From positions 1-36,276 of the forward strand of contig JAVZCV010000011.1 of the NCBI GenBank assembly GCA_038874215.1: a DNA stretch of 36,276 nt, in the 5' to 3' direction. The notes under the pieces were generated by a model. That model saw nothing but the letters and a program-made list of their open reading frames with translations. It did not search any database and was not told the origin of the DNA. Below are positions 19,189-26,353 of this stretch, one piece after another (position 1 is the stretch's first letter; the number at the start of each line of letters is the position of its first letter). The position numbers were made by a program, and so were the translations under genes. This DNA comes from Candidatus Micrarchaeia archaeon. GTDB lineage: Archaea > Micrarchaeota > Micrarchaeia > Burarchaeales > JAVZCV01.

Positions 19189-19298
19189 CTTTCAGCAATT
19201 CAGAAAAAGTCTGATATTCGTGTTCCATACGAGAGGATTCTCATTTTTTTACATTCACAACTTTCAGCAATTCAGAAAAAGTCTGATATTCGTGTTCC
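19189..19298. repeat. Perfect 38-bp direct repeat, two copies with a 34-bp gap (72-bp period)
   Basis: CTTTCAGCAATTCAGAAAAAGTCTGATATTCGTGTTCC at 19189-19226 and 19261-19298. Confidence 0.95.
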
Positions 19299-21769
19299 TG
19301 AAATACTTTTTGGTCTATTCTAACGAAATTCCAGGAATTGCCAGTCAGTTGTGTGAGGTCCTCACACCATCGTTTTGCTCGTGCATCTTTTATTTTTGTC
19401 TCTATATCCACGATCCCCTTAGTTTCAATAAAATAATATTCGCCGCCGGTTGTAAGAGCAACAAAATCCGGGTAATAATGGCTAAGAAAGCCTGCTGAAG
19501 TCAGATATTCTACAAAAACGTGTAATTTGCGCTCAGGAAGCTTCGCGAATGCTTTTATATCTGGGGCATTATCCAGAAACTTTGAAAAACTAACTTCTAG
19601 GTCATTTTCGCATGGCTGGTAATTAAAAACAGAGTGGTTTGCCGGGTAAACCTGACGCGACCAAACGAAGGGTTTTGTATCTTTGAGTTCAAGAATTTCC
19701 AAAATTTTTGGCTTTTCCTCTTTTATTGAGATTTTCTTAAGCACATCAGAGAATAAGCTTACAAGAAAATTTTCTGATGGGGGTTCGCTCAGGACGAAGA
19801 GCACACGCGGGTCATCTAAATCAACCTTCTTTTTGAAGAATTTGTTCTGGACGTATTCCCTTACTATAGGGTAGAGATAGGGGAAATTTGTCATACGTGG
19901 TAATTTAACTTCTTTCAAAATTTTTGTAGTGTAGTAGGAGATTACGGACTCTGAATTTTGAGGTACGGGAAGAGTCCATTTCTTTTCCATAACTACTTTC
20001 CTAGTAATAATATCTTCGGCGATATATTTTGTTTTTAATATTCTTTTTTCCAAATCAAAGTTCCCCTTAGGTAGTTTATTCAAGTCAATTTTACTAAAAT
20101 CAAGTTGCCTTCTCCCAATCCTAGGCGAGATTATTGGTATGGAAATATTGTACTTATGTCTACTCTCCTCTACAAGAATAGTGGTCAACGAAACCGGCTT
20201 ACTAACATCAAAGGTTGCCAACGTGATCCCCTCTTCTTTTTCTAATTCTTTAATCACTTCTGTAAGTCCTTCTGGGCCTATTACCTCAAGCATATTAATT
20301 AGGTTATCCGGCGTACCTTGCGGTTGATCCGGGAACATCTTTCTTAGCCCTCTTCCAATAACCTGCTCCGGGAGTACTTTGCGTTTTGATGTATAGGAAC
20401 GAAGCCCAACGATGATTGTCACATTCCTAACATCCCACCCTTCGTTGAGCATCAGAACACTGACTATCGCATCGTATTCTTCGCTCTCGTCAATGTTTCT
20501 TGCGGCTGCGCGGGCTTTATCCAAATCCTTCTCTATAATATCTCCTTTTAGGTTTGTGTGAATAAGAAGAACCCGCCCCTTCAGATCCCTAAATCTTTCT
20601 AGATATGCTGCGACTTCGTCCGCTGCATCTGTATTCTCACACATTATAAACAAAATTGGCCTCTTCCCAACTTTTTGAAGGATCTTTTTATACTCCCTCC
20701 ACCTCTCTACGCCCGCATCAATCCATGCTTTGTATCTTGTCTCGGCCTTATGGGAGGAAATTTCTCTTGCGTTCTTCAGAATTCCTTTTAGGGGGCGCTT
20801 TACAATGTTTGTTCTGATAGCCTCCTCAAGCGTAAAGTCTGTTATTATCCACGGAAACAGAGTGCCAGTTTCTGTTTTGGGAGTTGCTGAAAAGTCCAGC
20901 TCCAGCGCAATTTCCTTACCTGTTTTTTGAACGAGCTCTTTGTGTAAGTTTAAGAGAATTTTTTTCCACGCTTTTTCAAAATTGTAGATGTGGTGCGCCT
21001 CGTCTTTCAATATAGCTATGTTTGGACAAATTGTCAAAACCTCACGTATTCTGTTTGTTTCGCTTATTTTATCTCTCTTTACTTCTGTCAATCCAAATAC
21101 ATTATCAATTTCTACTTTCCTATCTCTTTCTTCCAGCTGTTGGATGTTAGTGAGAAAGAGAACATACTCCGGGAGAGTAGTGATAGGGTCATCCCTTAAA
21201 ATAATCTTAAGGTTCCATTCGTTCATCCATTCTGGTGGTATGAATGGCCATTCTCTGAAAATCTTGTTTTCCTCAAAGTCTCTCTTCAATCTCTCATAAA
21301 CTATGATGTTAGGGGATATAAGGAGGAATTTTGATGGATACTCATCTTTATTTTCAAATCTATTGTTGAAATAGCTCCAAACGATCGCCATCGCCATTAC
21401 AAAAGTTTTTCCAGAGCCCGTAGCCATTTTAAAGGCGTACAGGGGGTACTGGTCCACACTCGGGTCATAACCATGCATCGGTCCAGATCCAAACTCACGT
21501 GCCAAGTCAAAAAAAGTAGTCTTTTTGAGAACCTCTCTAACGTATATGAGTGTTTCTATAGCTTCTCTTTGTGCAAACCAAAACTCCACGGGCTCTCCAT
21601 TTTTCGTGTGTTCCTCTACAAACCAGTATTCCAGCAATCGCCTCGTTGTATTGGTAACATGCGGATAGCCGTTTTCTCGCCAACTATAAACCACATCTCT
21701 GAGCTTGTTTACCAAATATGCTTTGCTTGGCTTCCTTTGAGTGGGAGTAAGAATGTCAGTAGGTTCCAT
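19241..21769 (-). CDS. res: Type III restriction enzyme Res subunit (SF2 helicase-like ATPase plus PD-(D/E)xK nuclease)
   Basis: MATGSGKT, DEAHH, SATP, MLNEGWDV, QVIGRGLR and YYPDF...IETKG motifs; downstream of mod. Confidence 0.92.
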   Translation of the reverse strand: MEPTDILTPTQRKPSKAYLVNKLRDVVYSWRENGYPHVTNTTRRLLEYWFVEEHTKNGEPVEFWFAQREAIETLIYVREVLKKTTFFDLAREFGSGPMHGYDPSVDQYPLYAFKMATGSGKTFVMAMAIVWSYFNNRFENKDEYPSKFLLISPNIIVYERLKRDFEENKIFREWPFIPPEWMNEWNLKIILRDDPITTLPEYVLFLTNIQQLEERDRKVEIDNVFGLTEVKRDKISETNRIREVLTICPNIAILKDEAHHIYNFEKAWKKILLNLHKELVQKTGKEIALELDFSATPKTETGTLFPWIITDFTLEEAIRTNIVKRPLKGILKNAREISSHKAETRYKAWIDAGVERWREYKKILQKVGKRPILFIMCENTDAADEVAAYLERFRDLKGRVLLIHTNLKGDIIEKDLDKARAAARNIDESEEYDAIVSVLMLNEGWDVRNVTIIVGLRSYTSKRKVLPEQVIGRGLRKMFPDQPQGTPDNLINMLEVIGPEGLTEVIKELEKEEGITLATFDVSKPVSLTTILVEESRHKYNISIPIISPRIGRRQLDFSKIDLNKLPKGNFDLEKRILKTKYIAEDIITRKVVMEKKWTLPVPQNSESVISYYTTKILKEVKLPRMTNFPYLYPIVREYVQNKFFKKKVDLDDPRVLFVLSEPPSENFLVSLFSDVLKKISIKEEKPKILEILELKDTKPFVWSRQVYPANHSVFNYQPCENDLEVSFSKFLDNAPDIKAFAKLPERKLHVFVEYLTSAGFLSHYYPDFVALTTGGEYYFIETKGIVDIETKIKDARAKRWCEDLTQLTGNSWNFVRIDQKVFQEHEYQTFSELLKVVNVKK

Positions 21770-22223
21770 TTTTAAGTCCTCCGGCCTTCTCTAAAAAATC
21801 AATGTATTCTTCAGGTAAATTGTGTTGTCTAGCACCATTGAGTATATATTGCATATAACTTTTTGATGGCTTTAAATTCGTATCAGTCATATCATTTTTA
21901 GCGATATAAACTTGTGCTTTTATTTCTGTCCCATCACTACGAATAACAGTGATCGCTTGTCTATCATAATGGGTTGGGTAGCCCTCATATTCATCCAATT
22001 TTAGAATATCGGTCTCTTCAATTTCATAAATTACGCCGTAGACTTTAGAATTTTTATTGGGTACTATATTAGCGTATCCTTCGCCCTTATTAGGAGCCTT
22101 TTTATTAAAAACTAATTTCCACATTTTAATATAACCGATACTCTCAGAAAAAATTTTTACGCCCCTCTTTAACATTCTGTCCCTGTCCATGTTTGAACCA
22201 TAAGCAAAATAGAGGATGCTCAT
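21756..22223 (-). CDS. Gamma-glutamylcyclotransferase (GGCT/AIG2-like) family protein
   Basis: YFAYGSNM, VYGVIYEI, LDEYEG (catalytic Glu position) and PSKSY motifs. Confidence 0.9.
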   Translation of the reverse strand: MSILYFAYGSNMDRDRMLKRGVKIFSESIGYIKMWKLVFNKKAPNKGEGYANIVPNKNSKVYGVIYEIEETDILKLDEYEGYPTHYDRQAITVIRSDGTEIKAQVYIAKNDMTDTNLKPSKSYMQYILNGARQHNLPEEYIDFLEKAGGLKNGTY

Positions 22224-24136
22224 TTTATTTTCACCTTTACAATTTTGCTCGTATCGTTCCCAAAGATGTCTACAACCTTGACCATAATTGCATATTCGCC
22301 TTCTTTTTCATATCTTTTTGAAGCTTCTAAGTCAATTTTAGGGTTCTTCTTCGTTCTGTATGTTTGCCATTGGTTATGGAAGGTGTCTCCGCGATAATCC
22401 CAATCAACTGCCCAATAGTCAATTAGATCATAGTATTTCTTTATGCTGTCCTTTATCTCATCAAGCCAAGGTGATGGCGGAACCTGAAAATCGCTAATTT
22501 TTATAGTAACCTGAGTATCTTTTACTTTAGTCTCAATCTCTAAATATGAAACTTCATTAAATCTTATCTGGTCAAGCAGGCGTTTATCTATAACCTCTTC
22601 CGGCACTTTTAACAGCCGTAAATCAAATCCAACGAGTGCAGATTTTATCTCGTTCACAGACGGAATTTGAATAAGCCGCAAATCAATTCCTTTCTCTTTT
22701 GCCAAGCGTTTTGCAAGGTCATTGACCTCATAGCTCCACTCCCAGCCAAGAAGATCCAAACTATTAAAACCGTTCTCGGCGCACTCCAAAACTGTCATTC
22801 TTACCTCATCCATAGTAACTGGAGCATTTAGAGAACTAACATGCACTAATCTGTTTCCCTTCTTGCCATGAATATACCTAAAACCGCTTACTGGCTGCGC
22901 CTGATAAAGTTTCAGCATAAAACTCAAGTATTCATCTGGTTTTTCTTGCCAGTAGCCAACCTCATAGCTTCCAATATTCAAAATTTCAAAAGGTCGTGCT
23001 GGCTGACCATAGTTCTTCTTGTTTTCGTCTAACAGGTCTTTTGAGTTATGAATTTCCAGCAGGCGCTTTCTCGTTGTGTGAATTGCAAACTTTGATAAAT
23101 CGCAGCCTATCCATCTTCTGCCGAGTTTTTCTGCAACCGCTAAGGTTGTGCCTGAGCCACAAAAGAAGTCGGCGACGATGTCGCCTTCGTTAGTCGATGT
23201 TTCTATAAATAATTGTATTAGTCCTTCAGGTTTTTGAGTGTCATATCCAATTCTTTCAGCGGAAACATTTATCACTGGTTTACAATAAATGGTTCTTATC
23301 TTATCATTTGAAACTATGTTTATATCTCCTTCAATAACATCTCTTAGAATAACATCTGCGTAGTATCTACCTTCTTTATCTTGTTTTGGACTAAAAAATG
23401 CTTTTTCATAATAGATTCTTTCATAAAATCTTTTAAATTTATTTGTAAACTTTTCCATATTTTTTGCATAAAATAGTAAAATATCATGTTTTCTTGAAAA
23501 TCCTGCCTCTTTGGTTGGTGCACCACCCGTTCTATAACTCCATATAATTTCATTCACTAAATTATCATATCCAAAAATTTCATCTAAAGCACATCTTAAA
23601 TAATGGCTTGTCCGATAGTCGATGTGGATGATAAGTGCCCCATTTTCATTTAATAGTTCTTTCATCAAAACTAATCTCTCATACATATACTTCAGATAGG
23701 ATGCCATTCCTCCGCTCCAAGTATCTCTGTAAGCTTTTTCCTCTATTATGGACGGTTCTTTTGTTACTTCCTCATCCCCAACTTTTGTTTTAACCGTGAA
23801 ATCAGCACCAGTAAAAAACGGTGGGTCAATGTAAATCAGGTTAATTTTTCCCGCAAACTGTCCAAGAAGTGAGCTCATCACGAGCTTGTTATCACCCCAA
23901 ATGAGCAGGTTCTTCCAGTCTTTTGGATAGTTGGCTGGCCAGGCATCTTCAGGGAAGAGTTTTTGTGCGATTAGGCCTTTGGCACGAGGGGCGTTGATAG
24001 TTTCAACGGTTTGAAAAGGAAGGTTGGGGCGATCAACAGTGATAGTTGCCTTTTTTCTTATTTCAAAATACTCTTTGAACCATGATTCTGGATATTTGCC
24101 GTTCCAGAGGAGTTCAACATATTTGTTATTTTCCAT
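22220..24136 (-). CDS. mod: Type III R-M Mod subunit (beta-class amino-DNA methyltransferase, probably m6A)
   Basis: LIWGDN, IYIDPPF (motif IV), YDTQKPE and DFFCGSGTT (motif I) in beta-class order; long C-terminal extension ending VKVVDIFGND. Confidence 0.92.
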   Translation of the reverse strand: MENNKYVELLWNGKYPESWFKEYFEIRKKATITVDRPNLPFQTVETINAPRAKGLIAQKLFPEDAWPANYPKDWKNLLIWGDNKLVMSSLLGQFAGKINLIYIDPPFFTGADFTVKTKVGDEEVTKEPSIIEEKAYRDTWSGGMASYLKYMYERLVLMKELLNENGALIIHIDYRTSHYLRCALDEIFGYDNLVNEIIWSYRTGGAPTKEAGFSRKHDILLFYAKNMEKFTNKFKRFYERIYYEKAFFSPKQDKEGRYYADVILRDVIEGDINIVSNDKIRTIYCKPVINVSAERIGYDTQKPEGLIQLFIETSTNEGDIVADFFCGSGTTLAVAEKLGRRWIGCDLSKFAIHTTRKRLLEIHNSKDLLDENKKNYGQPARPFEILNIGSYEVGYWQEKPDEYLSFMLKLYQAQPVSGFRYIHGKKGNRLVHVSSLNAPVTMDEVRMTVLECAENGFNSLDLLGWEWSYEVNDLAKRLAKEKGIDLRLIQIPSVNEIKSALVGFDLRLLKVPEEVIDKRLLDQIRFNEVSYLEIETKVKDTQVTIKISDFQVPPSPWLDEIKDSIKKYYDLIDYWAVDWDYRGDTFHNQWQTYRTKKNPKIDLEASKRYEKEGEYAIMVKVVDIFGNDTSKIVKVKIK

Positions 24137-24241
24137 GATGGACCCCTTTAAAATACATAATTGATAGAATATATAAGTATATTGGGTTGGCGGTCTCTAT
24201 TGAAGAGGGGATCAATTTTACCGGATCGTGTAGCACTCCGA

Positions 24242-25435
24242 TTAAAGAAAATCAGTGATATCTCTCACTTTTTCTTCTCCATCAAACTTCACGCGGTCTG
24301 GTACAAATACAAAAAAATCTCCGAACTCTCCGAGCTTGTCTTTAAGCATCTCAATATCTTTCTTATCCGCTTGACCCCACCTCACTTCGCCCACGAGGGA
24401 TGGCTTTTTGAATTTTAGCAGAAATATGTCAATTTCTTTATCCTTTTCTAAAAAGATAGCTTCCCTGAGCCCATACTTCTTTGCTATATATTCGCGAACC
24501 GACGATTCAACGAGCCGCGGAATAAGCTCATTTATTATTAAATGCGTCTTTTTCATTGTTGCTTCCTCGCTGTAATTGTATTTTTCATCTGCGTAAAAGT
24601 ATGCTTTCATCAACGGCGAAACAACATCATAGAAGTAGTCTTTTTTGTTTGCTATTAATATGCGCTTTACAAGCCCAAACTCGGTGAGGTTTTTTAGGTA
24701 CTGTTGTATCATCGTTGAGCTTTCTTTCTTTATCAAACCACGCACGAAAAGATAGTTTGCTATCTCTCCTGCTTTGTTCTTGCCTGTAGAGATGGCTCTT
24801 AGTATCCCTTCGTATACATTGGAGATACTTTTCTCCTCTTCTAGGAATATCTCACCTATAAGGGCCGGCACAGTGTGCTTTGTAGTCAGAAAAATTTCGC
24901 CCAGTATTTCTTGCGCGCTCTTTCCTTTTTTTACGTATTCAAGAGCAAGCGGTTCTCTACAAAAGACTGCAAGCTCAAGCGCCTCCCGCTTCCCAAATCC
25001 AAGACTGCGCAGTTCAATAAAGCATGCATCTAAGGGCAATAGACTAAGTTGGATTTCTGCAACGAGTCCGAGCAGTGGTGATTTCGCAGCCAGCATCCTC
25101 CTGCTGAGATACAATGTTGAGGAAACGAGAATAAATTTCCCTCCTCTTCCTATTGAATGAAGAAAGTCAAGAAACTCGTCCCCAAGTCGGTGGAACTCGT
25201 CTATAACGATTGTTTTTTTATTTTTTGCATATTCGCGAAGCAGCTCCTCAAATGTTTCATAGCTCAATTGCCTTTCATTTATTATAGTTCTGTTTCTCTT
25301 TACGAAATAGTAGCTGTCAAAATCAACAAAGTTCTTTACGAGGAAGGTTTTGCCAGTTTTTCTTCTCCCATAGAGAAGAACCCATTTAGGGATTTTATTT
25401 ATAAGTTGTGCCTCCTCTCTTCTTATGATAATCAT
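24242..25435 (-). CDS. Archaeal ATPase (P-loop + wHTH + DUF234-like/PD-(D/E)xK-like C-terminus)
   Basis: LLYGRRKTGKT Walker A, IVIDEFH Walker B, HTH-like YLKNLTEFGLV, C-terminal EIDI...GEVRW. Start is ATG 25444 or 25435; TATA spacing favours 25435. Confidence 0.85.
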   Translation of the reverse strand: MIIIRREEAQLINKIPKWVLLYGRRKTGKTFLVKNFVDFDSYYFVKRNRTIINERQLSYETFEELLREYAKNKKTIVIDEFHRLGDEFLDFLHSIGRGGKFILVSSTLYLSRRMLAAKSPLLGLVAEIQLSLLPLDACFIELRSLGFGKREALELAVFCREPLALEYVKKGKSAQEILGEIFLTTKHTVPALIGEIFLEEEKSISNVYEGILRAISTGKNKAGEIANYLFVRGLIKKESSTMIQQYLKNLTEFGLVKRILIANKKDYFYDVVSPLMKAYFYADEKYNYSEEATMKKTHLIINELIPRLVESSVREYIAKKYGLREAIFLEKDKEIDIFLLKFKKPSLVGEVRWGQADKKDIEMLKDKLGEFGDFFVFVPDRVKFDGEEKVRDITDFL

Positions 25436-25465
25436 GGTTATCATAATGAATGTTATCTTTATAAA
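25423..25465 (-). promoter_or_regulatory. TATA box plus 24-bp palindromic operator-like site over the ATPase start
   Basis: TTTATAAA at 25458-25465; TTATGATAA-T-CATG-G-TTATCATAA at 25423-25446. Confidence 0.6.
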
Positions 25466-25485
25466 GTTATGGAGGTAAAAAGAAG

Positions 25486-25605
25486 CGCCTTGGCCGGGAT
25501 TCGAACCCGGGTCGCCGGCTGTCTGCTCTGGAGCAGCCCAAAGAGCTGCGGTTTCCTTTGAACCTCACGACAGGCCGGAATGCTGGTCCACTACACTACC
25601 AAGGC
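25486..25605 (-). tRNA. tRNA-Asp(GTC) with a 47-nt intron at position 37/38 (25521-25567); CCA not encoded
   Basis: GCCTTGG/CCAAGGC acceptor stem, CCGGC/GCCGG anticodon stem, CCGGG-TTCGAAT-CCCGG T arm. CTGT/GCAG central helix with an ACA bulge. Mature length 73 nt. Confidence 0.93.
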
Positions 25606-25820
25606 ATGTTGGCCATATCCACTAACCAACGCAGTTAGTAATTTGCAATTATGCTTATATAGTTTGTCCAGTCTTTGCGGGCAGAGTTTTGGTAGCGTTT
25701 GCTATTTCTGATAGTCCGTCTGCTTCTCCTGTTGTGCAAGAAAATTGCATGCTACGTGTATGAGTTTGGGGGATATATCTGTAGAACCATTGAGGTGGCA
25801 GATTAACGTATAAATAGAAA

Positions 25821-25915
25821 TCCCGCCAGGGTGATTTGAACACCCAACCTGTCGGTCCCCGCATACATTGGAACAAGCTACAGCCGACCGCTCTGCCAAA
25901 TTGAGCTATGGCGGG
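25821..25915 (-). tRNA. tRNA-Tyr(GTA) with a 21-nt intron at position 37/38 (25857-25877); CCA not encoded
   Basis: CCCGCCA/TGGCGGG acceptor stem (C1-G72, archaeal Tyr identity), GTCGG/CCGAC anticodon stem, GGGTG-TTCAAAT-CACCC T arm. Relaxed BHB with CTGT/GCGG. TATA at about 25939-25946. Confidence 0.93.
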
Positions 25916-25982
25916 ATGATTATATTTATTATCGGATTTTTATATATATTAATCAATCGCCGAATGAATGACGCCCAAAAGA

Positions 25983-25990
25983 TTTATAAA
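25983..25990 (+). promoter_or_regulatory. TATA box for the acidic microprotein gene
   Basis: TTTATAAA preceded by a purine-rich BRE-like AAAAGA; RBS GGGGGTG at 26026-26032. Confidence 0.6.
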
Positions 25991-26037
25991 TTATCCGTAA
26001 TACAACAATCACGTTTTTGGTTTACGGGGGTGTAGAA

Positions 26038-26199
26038 ATGCCAGGTAAGAAAGATGTTGATGAAGAAGATGAGGAGGAAGAAGAGGAAGAAGATAAAGAG
26101 AAGGATGAGGAAGAAGAAGAGGAGGAGGAGGAAGAAGAGTGGGATGAAGAGGACTTAGAGGATTTTGATGAGGAGGAAGAAGAGGAAGAGGACTTTTAG
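26038..26199 (+). CDS. 53-aa polyacidic (Asp/Glu-rich) microprotein
   Basis: MPGKKDVDEEDEEEE...WDEEDLEDFDEEEEEEEDF; GGTG-N5-ATG RBS, own TATA box, downstream T-tracts; mixed GAA/GAG/GAT codons. Confidence 0.75.
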   Translation: MPGKKDVDEEDEEEEEEEDKEKDEEEEEEEEEEEWDEEDLEDFDEEEEEEEDF

Positions 26200-26353
26200 T
26201 TTGATACAGTAAACTTGTTCCTTATCGGATCCTCCGGTTTCTCTACTTTTTTTGTGGTTTTCTTTATAATCCGTTTTATCCTTATTTTTGAAAGAGGTAT
26301 TATCCGCGGTTTTTTCTTTTTGGCTGGCATAGTGGTTTTTCTCTGATTAAAAT

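Noticed and set aside
19189-19298. CRISPR mini-array (38-bp repeat, 34-bp spacer)
   Set aside because: Only two copies, one inside the res coding sequence. No CRISPR-like repeat ends, leader or cas genes in the window.
22220-24136. Phase-variable simple sequence repeat in mod
   Set aside because: No tandem repeat tract or long homopolymer was seen, and the frame is intact.
25655-25899. 73-aa and 65-aa ORFs between the tRNAs
   Set aside because: They overlap tRNA-Tyr and have no RBS or recognisable motifs.
26050-26195. Non-coding GAR microsatellite
   Set aside because: It has an in-frame ATG with RBS and TATA, and the varied codons with interspersed K/W/L/F favour a real protein.
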